From Octopus vulgaris (Eukaryota), in the NCBI GenBank assembly GCA_951406725.2, contig OX597814.1, positions 90,272,001 through 90,336,000 of the forward strand: a stretch of 64,000 nucleotides of DNA, read 5' to 3'. The notes beneath the pieces were generated by a model. It saw only the letters and a list, made by a program, of their open reading frames with translations. It ran no database searches and was not told the DNA's origin. The position numbers were made by a program, and so were the translations under genes. Shown one piece after another: positions 26,611 to 40,510 of the stretch; the first letter of the stretch is position 1; the number at the start of each line of letters is the position of its first letter.

Positions 26611-27237
26611 ATTGTATACACACACACACATACACACACACACACACACTAGACTAGCGCAAGTGAGATGCGCTGAATGCACTTGAAAAAACATATGGAA
26701 AAAATTACTTCACAGCGTGGTTACGAACGGTCTTTTACGAAATATTTACCGTATTTTTAAACACATTTTCACTATAAAATATTTTTTAGATATGGCAAAA
26801 AATATTTGTAATGATGTTCACTTGACATAAATTTTAAAAAATATCAAAATATTATCTGTTCGAAGACAGCTAAATTATATATACTTACCGTACAAACAAC
26901 ACTACATTTTTGAAATCACATTTATTTAAAATTACCACTAAATGAATAAAATATTGTGCCTACTAACAAAAGCGAAAATATAGAAATTATATATTTCCGT
27001 TGTCAAGTCACTGTGTCTAATCGAAAGGTTAGAGTTTCTTCCCTTTCAGGGTTAAGTTATTTTCGGAGAATTTTCCCTTTATGCACCGGTTCGGGTATTT
27101 ATACTCCGAAAATCCTAATATCTCTATAACCATTTGTCCGATTTATGCGAAGCTTGTTTCATTCTGTTCATAATATTTTCCGATATTATGCGTCACTTTG
27201 GCTGGGTAACATTGCAACCAAGCAAGCTCACTTTTAA

Positions 27238-27768
27238 CCCCTTACCCAACAAATATTTTGATAATAAATGTATTTTTTCAGACATATTTTTTAATTGTTT
27301 TATTTTACTATGTTTTGAATGGTGATTTCGAGGTATATTTCAAACCTTATTTATTATGAATTTTAATTCAATAATATTGATTTTAAATTACCGCTTTGGG
27401 CAGAAACGAGTTAACCCGTTTTTTTCATAAATCATATTACTTTTACAAAAAATCACGTTATTTTATTTGGTTAACGACATGGTGGGGTTATAATATAAAG
27501 GTATAAAAAAACAACGTAAAAACAAAGTGAATACTTCTATTCATAAAATGTGCCTTCCAACCCTTCGACTGTCTCCAGGTGACTAAATCATACTCGGTCT
27601 TCAATGCCTTACTCAAGCGAAAGGTGGCAGAAATCGTCACTGCCAGACGTATAAAGTGAGCGAATATACTCGTATATGTCAAAAAAAGAGTTTATAATAG
27701 ACAAAGGACTCGTTAGAAAAAAACGATTTCGGTCAAAACGCATATATTCGTTTCTGCCGAGTAAGGGG
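27238..27768. mobile_element. Non-autonomous piggyBac-like element (MITE)
   Basis: TTAA on both sides (27234-27237 and 27769-27772); imperfect TIRs CCCCTTACCCAACA and CCCCTTACTCGGCA; subterminal cgaatatactcgt and acgcatatattcgt motifs. Confidence 0.65.
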
Positions 27769-27772
27769 TTAA

Positions 27773-27897
<125 letters not shown>

Positions 27898-28531
27898 TAA
27901 GTGGTTAATAGAAAATCTATTATTGGCAATACATTTTTTGAGAGGATTTCAAAATATAGCCAGTAAGCACTAAATAGATACTCCGGGTATGAGAGCTTTT
28001 AACATTATCCGTAAAATGACGTCTCTTATAAGAAAATTTATACAAACGGTTTCCTTTTTGTTTAAGACATTAGCTGACTATATACGTTTCTTTGTGTGTG
28101 TTTTGAATTTATTAAATATTCTAACGTGTGCTTCACTGGAAAATTTCATGCAATTTAATACGATTAACACAGCAATGATAATGAACAAAATACACAGCCT
28201 ACAATTTTACAGCACGAGCTTGAAACATTCCTCTCCTCGGCGAAAAACCTCTGTAATTACGCATCAGTTAACATACCACCTTTCTATTTTCCTACCTTCC
28301 ACAAATGCAAAAACGACTTAGGATAACAGTGTTGAAAGTTTGATAATTATAATGAAACAATTTTATACAAAAAATATATAACTATACACGCATACTACAC
28401 ATGTGCATAGCTATATGTAATATACAGCCACACATACGTTAATATTATATAAACCTTTACATACACACATTTGTCTATGCTTTTGTATTGCTATTGTATA
28501 TATGTATCTGTGTGCACACACACGCAGACAT

Positions 28532-28592
<61 letters not shown>

Positions 28593-29708
28593 ATTGTTGT
28601 GACATCGCATGTTATGGGCATTTCTTTTGGCTACCAGAACCCATACTTCTCCATGACAATTTCTTTCAGGACAAGAAGCAAATAAACGGAGACAAAGAAA
28701 GAGGGAGGGAATGTATGCAATCGATCTTAGAACAAGAGTAGCTGTTTATTCATGCGCCTTGAAAGGTTGAAAAATAAACTTCGCTGCGTGATTTGAATTC
28801 AGTGTGCAGAGAACCGGAACGATTACGTCAAAGCAATCTATTTGCCACTAAGCCTCCAATTGCACACATGCCAATTTAAATCATGCAGTAGCATAGCGAT
28901 GAATCAATGAACACTTGATTGAGTAACGTCATAGTATCATCTTTCGCGCTTACTACAAATAACTGTAAGCTACTATCATTGTTGTGGTCAGTAAATATGT
29001 AACCGATCTCTGATGAAGCTGGGACAAACAAAAATTATTTGAATATTAGCTTTTCTTTTTTCACACCACGACGTGTATTGACCTTTAAATTTTCGTTTCA
29101 CAGTTGGGATGCACTAAATGCTTACCAATTTCTGTCATTCTATCATATATACGTGTACGAATGAATAAATATAAAAAAATAATAGTAAATAATCGGTTTA
29201 CTACTAAATATAAAGACATAAAATAACAAAACTGCCTCAGTCGGACTGTGACAGAAGCAATAATAATAAATAAAGGAATATACTATTCCTTTATTTGAGA
29301 TGCCTCTTATTTATGAATTCTTGGTACAGTGAAAGATAACCAGTTTCATTTTTTTATTTCATACACAGATTCTTACATATTACACAATTAAGACATTAAG
29401 AAGATAACAACAAATTTAATTTTAAGATGTCTACCATTGATTATTGGACATCTCAAAAAATAGCTCATAGATATGTCTGGTAGTTAACTCAGCTATTGTT
29501 ATCGAAGAAGCGATTATACATTAGTTATACATTAGCTAATGATTTATGTCAGAACCTTCTAAATATATATATATATATACAAATACAAATACAAATACAC
29601 ACACACACAGGCACCACCCCCTCCATGCATATGTGTGTGTACAGTCACACTTAGTAACGATTAACTTTTTCCTTTATGGTATCACATTGCGTCTACCTCT
29701 TTATATTA

Positions 29709-29761
<53 letters not shown>

Positions 29762-30253
29762 CATAGCAACACATTTTCACATTGACGCATGTTTATGTCT
29801 ACCAAATTTTTGAAAACTCTTTCAGTTAGTAAAGTTAGTGTAAATTTATGTCCAATTAAAATAGCTTCAAATAATTTCAAATATATGAATTCCAGCCTTC
29901 TTTCATGTAGGAATTATAACATTGTAGAAAATGTATAATGGTACCAGAGTGATTAAAGTGATTTGCTGTACTTAAAACCTACAGACAAACTTTGAAAGAG
30001 AAAGAAGTAGAACATTTTGAAATACACTATGTAAGCCAAGAAAAAAAATTTTTTACAGCATAGTATAAAAAATGGCTTATAATGGATGAATTTGCTAAAC
30101 TATTTAATGCCCCCCACACATGCACATACACATATAGGCTTATGTATATATATACTTATATATTTGCATATACATATGTATATGTATATGTATATATACA
30201 CATACCTATATATATACTTCATAAATATATTCATATATATAGAAACATATCTA

Positions 30254-30302
<49 letters not shown>

Positions 30303-30550
30303 ATGTGTGTGTGTGTGTGTGTGTGGGCGTGTGTGTGTTGTCGGTATAACTTGATAATCTGAAAGCCACTATACATTTATAATCTATAAAATACATATTT
30401 CAATTTCACCATGTGACCAGAAAAAAATTTATGTACACACACATACGCTCTCACACATGCAGATACACTCACCAGTACCTACCTACCAACTGTGTGATCG
30501 ACTTACCAAGTTACCTACCTGTCTACCTATATAGATACGTGCATGCCCTC

Positions 30551-30593
<43 letters not shown>

Positions 30594-30634
30594 CATTCCT
30601 GGACACAGTTAGTTAATACTTACATAAAAAGTCG

Positions 30635-30960
30635 GCATTTGAAATATTGGTGGAAAATTCTCATTGAAACGGCTACGAAGGCCTAGCATAAAAGATGCGA
30701 TATAGTTGTTCAGGAGAAACAAGAAATGTACGTAACGACATACAAGTCAGCTGCTCTGTTGATGTGAATAGCTACGGACGACTGCTTCGAAAACTTCAGT
30801 TTCTATACAAAGATGATAAAATCAGATTTATACCAATAAAAATTAGTGCACTTGGTTTACTGAGTAAATGCCTAAATGGGGATATGAAATAACTATGGCG
30901 ATTCCAAAGGCAACAGTAAACATATGCCAGGTATTGCTCTGATTCAGAGTATTTGTGTTG
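30635..30960 (+). mobile_element. Decayed R4/Dong-like LINE restriction-like endonuclease fragment
   Basis: YWWKILIETATKA*HKRCDIVV then SCSVDVN..YGRLLRKLQFLYKDDKIRFIPIKISALG, comparable to WD..I.TD..I.ANRPDIV...SIPAD...IPIIVGALG in the 45813 ORF. Confidence 0.55.
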
Positions 30961-31168
30961 CGTGTATTCCGAAAATGGAGCTTCGTATCTTTGTTAGAAA
31001 GCGCAAAGAGTTCTAATAATGTAAAATAAGACGAGACATACCTATATATATATGTATATATAATGGAGTTTTATCATGGCTACCGAATAATTGTCACATT
31101 TTATATTTCCAGATAAATTCCTCTACATAATATCGACGTCTCTTTCATTCTTTCACACAAACACACAC

Positions 31169-31208
<40 letters not shown>

Positions 31209-31224
31209 TGATAGAAATGGCAAC

Positions 31225-31545
31225 AGTGTCGAGCTTACGATCGTGAGGTTGAGAGTTCGAATCCCGGACCGGGCTGCGTGTTGCATTCTTGAGCAAGACA
31301 CTTTATTTCACGTTGCTCCAGTTCACTCAGCTGTAGAAATGTGTTGCGACATCACAGGCGCCAAGCTTTATTGGCATTTGCCTTTCCCTTGGATAACACT
31401 GCTGGCGTGGAGAGGGGAGGCCTGTATGCATAGGCGACTACTGGTCTTCCATGAACAACCTTCCCCAGACTTATGCCTGGAAAGGTTACTTTCTAGGTGC
31501 AATCCCATGCAATCCCATGATCAGTCATGACCGAAGAGCAACTCA
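31225..31545 (+). mobile_element. tRNA-derived SINE (ttcttgagcaagacactt central segment)
   Basis: B-box gagttcgaatcc; cttgagcaagacactttatttcacgttgctccagttcactcagctg is shared with the 54316 and 53370 copies. Confidence 0.75.
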
Positions 31546-31548
31546 GAT

Positions 31549-31665
<117 letters not shown>

Positions 31666-31841
31666 CATACATATGTGTATGTGTGCGTGTGTGTGTGTGT
31701 TCAATGAAAGACGAAAGATGGAAGATACGAGAATTTTTAGTAATCACTACAATTAATTTGGCACATCTAACATTGTTTCTGCTATCTCATTAACCAAATA
31801 CATAAACATACCAGTAAGCTACCAGGTATAAACCAATTCGT

Positions 31842-31891
<50 letters not shown>

Positions 31892-31892
31892 G

Positions 31893-31975
<83 letters not shown>

Positions 31976-32398
31976 TCTATGCATACATGTATGAGCAAGT
32001 GAGCGTGTAATTGTGTGTTAATACTGTCACATGAGTATAAAGTTATAAAAGAAATCACATATTTAATATTGTATTCATAAAATATTAATTCCATTGCCAA
32101 ATGAATAGTTATGAGGAGGGTAATGCTGTTGCCTCGGTAATCGATTTCTGCTGTATTCGATTGCGCAGGACATCCATTTTAAATAATTACATTAGTGATT
32201 GCTATCCTGCGGTAATATTGAAGTCTTCATCTGAGTAGAATGTACCGGTAGTGCATGCTGTCAATATAAAAGGTCAAAGGTCATTTTTGTAATAAAAAGA
32301 CAAAATGGGAAACGAATTCCAACATATGAAAAGATATACACACGCATAGAAACACACACGGTCATATATATACATACACACATACACAAATATATGTA

Positions 32399-32447
<49 letters not shown>

Positions 32448-32536
32448 TTATATATATACATGTACTGCCACTCACACACACACATACAGATACACACGCA
32501 CACAAATAAACACACACTCTCACACAGCCACGGCCA

Positions 32537-32581
<45 letters not shown>

Positions 32582-32721
32582 ACACTTCAGAAATTTGTAC
32601 AGATATGCTCATAACTATCTATCAGTCTTTCAATGACGGAATGAATCAATCAATCAGCCTATCTCACTCTTCACATATATGCGTGTATATATAAATAAGT
32701 ATATATATGTATGTGTATATA

Positions 32722-32756
<35 letters not shown>

Positions 32757-32783
32757 ATATCTATCTATCTATCTATCTATCCA

Positions 32784-32842
<59 letters not shown>

Positions 32843-33489
32843 ATATATATATACATACATACATATATACATCCATATATACATACATATACACATAATA
32901 CATACATACTTACATACAAGCATATACATATATGTTGCAACGACGAGAGACAACGTCCGTTTTCTGATGTTGATATGTGCCGGTGAGCGTATTCAGAATC
33001 TGTGCATTTGAAATAAATGTGAACGACTTCATCTAAGTTGAAAGTTCAAGAAACGACCGCGTTTATTTCTCAATGAATGATTGATTTTATAGGAGATTTA
33101 AATATAATTAATTTCACCCACACAATTTAAGCTCCTTTATTACATTCACACTAAAAATGATAACAAAAAAAAAAGAGAGAGTGAAAATTTTAAATTTCTA
33201 TAAACTTCTTTCTACTCTCAGTAATAAAATGAATAATGATGCAGGATTGAAAATATCAAAACATATACGTTGAAGAGAAGAAATAAAGAGAAAAAAATTG
33301 GAGAAAATGAAGAAATCAGAAAATTAGAACTTCCAAAACACATGGTAATAGTAATAGTAGTAGTAGTAGTAGTAGTAGTGTTAACAGCACCTGTAATAGT
33401 ATTAGTTATATTAGTAGTAACAGTACTGATATAAAAGTCGAGAAAAAAGTGGAAGTAGAAAATTACGTTGACGATGATGTGGTTGTTTT

Positions 33490-33760
33490 TGGTGATGATG
33501 ATGATGATGATGATGATAAACTGAAGAGGAGTGAAGAAGAAGACGAAAAAGAAGAAGAAGAAGAAGGAAGAAGAAGAAGAAAAAGAAAAAGAAGAAGGAA
33601 GAAGAAAAAGAAAAAGAAGATGGAAGAAGAAAAAGAAAAAGAAGAAGGAAGAAGAAGAAAAAGAAAAAGAAGAAGGAAGAAGAAGATGAAGAAGAAGAAG
33701 AAAGAAGAAGGAGAAGGAGAAGAAGAAGAAGAAAACAACAACAACAATAACAACAACGAT
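33490..33760. repeat. Compound (GAT)n-(GAA)n-(AAC)n purine-rich microsatellite
   Basis: Direct reading; explains the poly-D/E/K/R ORF at 33449-33835. Confidence 0.9.
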
Positions 33761-34329
33761 GCAGAAACGATATGCAAAAAGATTATGAAAGAGACGAAAT
33801 GTAAAAGGAAGCGGAATAGGAAACCGTTTTATTGATGTTTATATTGGTTGATGTCCAAACAGATATCTGATGAAAAGTTTAAACTTGGTTTAAAATGAAA
33901 TAGAATGTCAACAAAAATTATAGTCTCGTTGTATAACATTTATTTAAATTCAAAAATAGTCTGTAGCATCATACCTGTACGTTAACGATAACTATAACTC
34001 GTGGAATTTAGATGGTCAGGAAACCTAAATGATTGTTGCATTGAGACGTTTTCCTCGGAGTATCAATAAATTGAATGAATTTGATTGCGTGTAAACGAAA
34101 ATGATGCATGTTCAGTGTATGCTGCACGTATTTAAATTATTATGGAAACTTTGATAAATAAAAAAGCTAGTTTATATAGATATATATTCATACACACGTA
34201 TGTATAAATATCATAATATATGCATATATAAAGATATACGTATATGATATATATCTACGCACACATACTCACACAGACGCACATTCTCACACACATACAC
34301 GCACACAAGCGCGCATTGTGTGCATTTCA

Positions 34330-35400
34330 CTAAACCTCAGATCTGCTCTGCAGCAGCTCAGTTATTATCAAATATCTTGGACCTGCATTCCATCTTTTTA
34401 CTATGGAAGCATCTCAATTTTCTCAACTTCATTTAAAATAGCATTCGAATCTTTTAAAGGATATTACGCGTGCCAAACGGCAAGATAGAATGATATTTAT
34501 TGGTTTCCCAATCAGTGTTCTTTATATCACAAATGTTCTCCCTTCTAGTTCTTGTATCTTGTTAGTGATGCTGTTGATGTTCACTGCATGAACGGAGCAA
34601 TAATGAAAAACATTCATAATATGACCATAGCATACAATTGTCAAGTATTCTGCTTTGGAATAACTTATTCACTATATCCTTTTAAGATAGGAGGATATAA
34701 TTTAATGAACATTTCCTGCTCTTGTAGCATGAACACTCCCCAGCTGGTTTGGAAATAGTATGAGGTCTTGATTGGTCGATTGTAATTACAAGTGTTTCTT
34801 CAATTGCTTAACGTAACAGGGTGAATAGTCGAAAGTAATTTAGAAACATGGTAATGAAAGAAACATTCAAATATATTGGAGAAAAAGATGTCCCTAAGAA
34901 TTAGATTGCAATGATAAAGTGAGATGAGGATTGTGACAGAATCTGTATTTGAATTGGCAATGTACGTATGAAAGGAAAAATGTTTGTGTTAAGAAGAGAT
35001 TTTACCACTGAATGCACAAAAACGATGGATTCAGAGCAGGGTAAAGGCGAGGTAATTGGCCAAGATACAAAAAATGATATGGTCGAATAGTTATCGTTAT
35101 ATACACTAGCTCAGAAAGGAATGGAGGAAGCAAATGCATTTAGAAGATTGCGAGAGGGAAACGTCCAGTTAGAATAGCTGGATGTCTGTTAAACTGTTAT
35201 CCATTGTGCAGCACAAGTACCGACACTGAAACCTGCTTAAGCATGGAATCTGCTTTTTAGAAGACAGTTTGCAAATGGGGTATAAATGGGACAGCTAAAA
35301 TAACTTTAGATAAATCTAGATAAGTGAAGGTAGGTGTAGGTAAGTTTATATCAATGAAGAATGGGAATCAGAAATGAAGATTTGTCCAGTGGTTTAATAT
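34330..35400 (-). mobile_element. Possible very old Penelope-like RT/GIY-YIG remnant
   Basis: Weak, discontinuous minus-strand similarity (TLPIQ..IL, LQSN..RDIF, SIPF) to PLE C-terminal regions; no long ORF. Confidence 0.25.
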
Positions 35401-35469
35401 CATATTTTGTATTTTTGCTTTAGTCTACGACTGACCAAGATACTCTCGCGGAATGTGACTAACTGTGTT

Positions 35470-35885
35470 TTATTTTTGAACATAATACCTCTTGCGGTGC
35501 ACATACTCCATCCAGCGGTGTTGCAGTGCTTGGATCCCTTTGGTTAAGAAACTTTCATCCTGTTGCTCGAAAAAGTCACCAACAACTGAAAAGACTTACC
35601 ATCACTGCGATACTGGTTCCCAGCAATATTTCTTCATATTGCAGAACAGTGATAATCAGATGGGGCCAAATCAGGAGGATAGGGATGCGGATCAACGAGT
35701 TCAAATCCACAGTCATGCACACCAGCCATTGGTAGCAAGGAATTGTGTGCTGGAGCATTGTCCTGATGAAACAAGGCCACTTCCTTCAGATTTCTTGGTG
35801 GTTACGTTGGGATATTTTTGCGTATATGCCTCAGCAAGTTTCCATAATACTCTCCATTGATGGCGTGGTTCTTTTGAAGACAGTT
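35470..35885 (-). pseudogene. Mariner transposase C-terminal fragment
   Basis: Minus strand HQDNAPAH...CGFELVDPHPYPPDLAPSDYH...FFEQQDESFLTKGIQALQHRW with frameshifts. Confidence 0.85.
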
Positions 35886-35929
35886 AATGCATCAATGTAT
35901 GAATATATGTTTGCATGTATGTATGTATA

Positions 35930-36150
35930 TGTGTGTGTGTGTCTTTGTGTCTGTTTTTGTTCCCTCATCAGCGCTCGTCAACTGGCGTTGGGGTGTTTAC
36001 GTCCCCGTAACTTAGCGGTTCAGCAAACTAAAAATATAGAATAAGTACTAGGCTTAAAAATAAATCCAGGGGTTCATTTGTTTCACTAAAAAAATTCCAA
36101 GGTGGTACTCCTGCATGGCTGCAGTCAAATGACAGAAGTAAAAGAATAAA
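35930..36150 (+). mobile_element. SINE family B 3' half
   Basis: gtttacgtccccgtaacttagcggttcagcaaa...agaataagtactaggctta...gcatggctgcagtcaaatgac. Confidence 0.8.
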
Positions 36151-36957
36151 AAAATAAACATATAGTATTAGATTCGGCTGTACTTTCACTGCTATTGAAA
36201 AGCTGTATGACAAGAGCAGGTATAAGTTGATGCACTAAGAGAAGCTAAGGTTAACATCCTACTGCTATATTATATACGGTTATTCGATACTATTACACAA
36301 CCAACAACAGAAAACGAAAGAACAAATTCGTTTTAAGCTGTCAAAGGAATTATGTTATATTTTAATATAAATATCATAGAATTATTTCTATATCCATCTT
36401 AACGTGGAAGCTGACTATTTGCGGTACCAATGCCTGGATAGTGGCTGAGATTCTATTTGTCTCTGACTGGAGATACAGCTGTTATCGTGCTACTGAACAT
36501 CTTTAACTGAGGAGCGTAAAGCAGAATGAAATCACGTGATCTAATTGTTCTGGCGGCCGCAACAGACAATTCTTGCTAGTCGACGATATAATTACGAGTG
36601 TTGTTATGCATCACAATCCCTTATAAGAGATCCTCGCAAGGTAAATAGCGCAATAGTCTGTGTCCTAACACAACCTTCCTGTCATGTTGGAGATAAACAT
36701 TAAGCTTTGGCATTAAATACTGCTTCTGGCGCTATTGATTATTCATAGAACTATAATGATGTACTTTTAATTCAGATTAATTATTTTTTGCCGGTATTTA
36801 CCACATCATGTCGATTTCTGAGGGCAAAAAAACACAGGCCAAATACTATTGATTTCAATTTATCGTTACATTTATTTTTACTCGCGAGTTTATATTTTAT
36901 TACTGCTATGCCATTTGTATATGATAATGAAAAAACATCTGGATGCCACTGCCCCTG

Positions 36958-37110
36958 ATGATGATGATGATGATGATGCTGATGCTGATAATGATGATAT
37001 TGATAATGATCACCATAATGAAGATGATGAGGATCATGGTAGTGGTGGTTATGGTGCTGATGATGATAAGGATACTGATGATATTGATGAGGGTTCATTT
37101 AATGACGATA
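36958..37110. repeat. Degenerate (GAT)n microsatellite
   Basis: Direct reading; source of the poly-D/H/M ORFs. Confidence 0.85.
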
Positions 37111-37465
37111 AACGTGACTTATTAATCGTACTAATAATGTTGGTTATAATGATGAGATTAACTGTCATGTTATTGATGCTGTGCGTACTGTCCCTCTAGC
37201 TTACAGACTTTTCGATGTTATTTCGATGCAAATTATAATATTGATTACATTTGTGAGCCTAAATTTTTTCTAACTTTCAATGGCAATACAGAAAATCATA
37301 ATATACCAGAAGCGATCACCTCATAAGCTTGTAGACTGTAACTTAAAGATTATAGAATTAACATTATCTCGTTGAGATATTACTTGGAAATTTAAGGAAC
37401 ATATTACATATCGTCGAAAGGATAAGAGAGGGATGTAATCTTAATATTAAATATATATCTTCAAG

Positions 37466-37622
37466 AAGGTGAGCTAGCAGAACCCTTACCGCACCGAGTA
37501 AAATGCTTAGCGGCATTTCGTCCGTCTTTAATTTCTGAGTTCAAAGTCCGCCGAGGTCGACTTTGTCTTTCATCATTTCAAGATGAAAACTGCTGGCCTT
37601 GAGTTAAAATTTGAAATCAACA
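37466..37622 (+). mobile_element. SINE family A, internally deleted, tail type B
   Basis: aaggtgagctagcagaa...aaatgcttagcggcatttcgtccgtc...ccgccgaggtcgactttgtctttcatc. Confidence 0.8.
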
Positions 37623-37741
37623 TTAAGTATACATCTGAAAGTTTTGATATCCACTGCAGTCACTGCAATTGTAGTGCTGGTATTTAATATCACGCAAAAT
37701 TTTCATAACCCTCTCGATCAAGGAGCACTATTAATATTAAT

Positions 37742-37926
37742 ACCAAATTTTCTCAGATGGCCAACAATTTTGGGGTAGAAGTATGTCATTACATTGACCC
37801 TGGTATTCAAGTGGTACTTATATTATCGACACTGAAAGTATGATAGGCAAAGTCGACCTCCGCCGAATTGGGGTTTAGAACATGAGAACGGACGAAATGC
37901 CGTTAAGCATTTTGCCCGGCATGCAA
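37742..37926 (-). mobile_element. SINE family A, diverged, inverted relative to the 37466 copy
   Basis: ggcaaagtcgacctccgccgaatt...acggacgaaatgccgttaagcattttgcccgg. Confidence 0.8.
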
Positions 37927-39225
37927 GTATTGGGTATTATTCATATTATATCAAGTAGAGTGAAAACTGTATTAACCATAAAAAGTGTAAATCGTGGGTT
38001 GTAAGTCTTCAAAGTTTATTTCTTCATAAGAATTAAAACTTTTACTACTAAATTCAAGATTAAAACTCCACATCATTTCAATGTAATGCAAAAATACCGA
38101 AAGAACATTTGAAAACGTTAGAGAGAAAAAAAAAATGTTTTAGAAAATCTTTATAAAAATGCTATTCGTTTGACAACCCTTCATTGAATAGATCGTAAAT
38201 CATTGGATTTTATCTTCTAATATACGATGAATTGCGCAATATATTGACTTAATGAGAATATGAGCTAGATAGAGCAAGTAGTGAGAAAAGAAGAAAGTAT
38301 TGGCCAAATCTGAATTCAAGTCACGATTCAAACTGAAAGAAGAATCTAAAGTCGTCAAATAGCTTATGCATCAGTATCGTTGTTTCAAAATTATTCATAC
38401 AATACGTTTATTGTACATCGTGTCTCGACCGCCAATACAGTCATTTTGTGAAATTTTTTTCCCCACAATGTGTCTAGCTATTTATCGGAGATTACAAAAA
38501 AATATAGTTTCAGCTTAGCTTTGAGAATACAGGTATTATTTAACTGTTTTGGAATTATTCCAGTCTTTTGAGTTTTCTTTTCAACTTACACAATATACTG
38601 TATTTCTCAAAATTAAAAACTGCAATGCAGCACGTATGAATTGCGAAATAGAAATAATACCGAAATATTCTGGTATGTCATAATTACCTGCACATGTTCA
38701 GTGTTTTAATATCAATAGTGAATAAACTATATCATCAGAGCAGAAGATCTTATCAAATTATTTCGCAACGCATGTTTTATTGATGTTCTGGCACGATTCG
38801 TGTTGCATAACCTGAGCTATCATCATCGGAGAACAGAAACTGGAAGAAGCAAGCACCTTCACTTATTTGGTTAATATAAATAGAAGTGGAAGTATACTCA
38901 GTGATTGCATATGAGCAAGGCTAGTGTATTTGGAAGATTGAAATGGAGACTAGGACTAGCAAACAGAAACGGTCCGAGTCAAATGAAATGTATACGGAAT
39001 ATTAGTAGAATTATTATCTACTATATTATACAGATCGTAGAAATGGCAATTATAATGTAAAGTGATAAAAATTAATAAATATTACTCAATAAACATTACT
39101 CAATAAAACAAGTTCAAGAATATCATCATGCTGAAGAATGCTTATGTCTGTAGCATATAAGAAATAATGGTACAATAAAACTATTACTAGACTGGGCATG
39201 TCCGAAAAATAAAAACAATTATCAA

Positions 39226-39490
39226 GAAAATGGCGTAGTTTTTAAGAGCGCGGGCTACTAACCCCAAGATTCCGAGTTCGATTCCAGGCGGTGACCTGAA
39301 TAACAACAACAACAACAACAATTATAATAATAATAATAACATCGAAAAATACCTGAGGAATGAGAGCCCAGGTTCGAAACTTCCCCAACACACTTGATGA
39401 AGTTTGGAGGGTATATCAGCTGAAATGTTGTGTTAACAAAAAAGAAGATGAGGACAAATATCAGTCAAATGTAAATAATGTAAATAATAT
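39226..39490 (+). mobile_element. tRNA(Ser-like)-derived SINE with internal (AAC)n(AAT)n and a degenerate hammerhead-like tail
   Basis: A-box-like tggcgtagtt, anticodon arm ggg-ctACTaa-ccc, B-box gttcgattcc (39276-39285); tail aacacacTTGATGA-agtttg..cagct-GAAATGTT-gtgtt; ends in an aatgtaaat repeat. Confidence 0.65.
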
Positions 39491-40194
39491 AAATACTGAA
39501 CGTTCATATAGTAGACTTATAGCTCTTTAATATATGTTCTGATGTTTTGTCACACTTCAGATGTATTATAAGATACTTAGAATCAATAAATTTTGTTTCA
39601 ATCAGAACATCTAGGATCACTTTTCCCAACTTGCCTTCCTCTTTGAATATATAAGGGTGTGTTTCAGAGAGATCATGATGCTTGTTGTATCAGGTGATGT
39701 AACAATATAATGTCATCTTGGTATGTAAGTGATGACAAATGAGAACTATCGATTGATATAAATGCAGTGCACTTCCATTTTTAAAATTGGGTGAATTTTT
39801 AGGAAGATTTAGATGGTATTTCTAGCGAATCAAACGCATTGTAGATATTTATATTGAACGTATGATAGTGACATGGAACTAACCGCCTTAAATATACTTG
39901 AAAGATGAGAGATGATCTGAAATTGCAGCCAGAGATCGTGATTTCAATTTCTTGACCGGGTGGGGCATTACGTTCTTGAGACAAAAGCTTCGTATCACAT
40001 TGCTCTGCGATCTCTTCGACATATGGTGCGTGTTACATCGTGCACATTTTCAGGCTTGTTGATTTGATAGAGAGAGTGCACTAATATATCCCACAAACAT
40101 TTCATCAATGTAAACGAATGATTTGTGCAACGAGAAATTGTGCAACCATCTTTCTCGAACTGCGAGAAACTACCATCTTCTATAAAATGGTAAC

Positions 40195-40510
40195 CCACAC
40201 TCCCTCGGTTAAGACGAGTGTTCCCGTTGATCCGATCAACGGAACAACGTTTTGTGAAATTAACGGGCAAGTGGCTGAATACTTCACAGTCACGCATACC
40301 CTTAATGTAATTCTGACAGAGATTCAATATAAAACAGAATGTGAAAGGTAGGCCCTTAGAATTACATATACAATTAATTTTTGTCGCTTTGAGTGAACTG
40401 GAGTAATGTGAAATTACGTGTCTTGCTTAATGACACAATGTATCACTGGAAATCTAACAACCTTACAATCGTGAGATAAATACCCTGACCGCTTAGCCAC
40501 GTGTCTTCAC
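40195..40510 (-). mobile_element. SINE family C-related copy, diverged
   Basis: Reverse complement of the 54316-54580 body (gatcggatcaac, aatttcac, ttaagggt) and head (gtggctaagcggtcagggtatt). Confidence 0.7.

Noticed and set aside
29008-29030. CTGATGA heptamer
   Set aside because: No downstream GAAA box or stems; chance occurrence
33449-33835. 128-aa acidic/basic ORF
   Set aside because: Translation of (GAT)n/(GAA)n/(AAC)n microsatellites; no complex sequence or domain
36781-37199. His-rich, Asp-rich and Met-rich ORFs
   Set aside because: All are frames of one degenerate (GAT)n tract
39226-39298. Genuine tRNA gene
   Set aside because: D-loop GG lost, acceptor stem poor, no oligo-T terminator; continues into a SINE-like body
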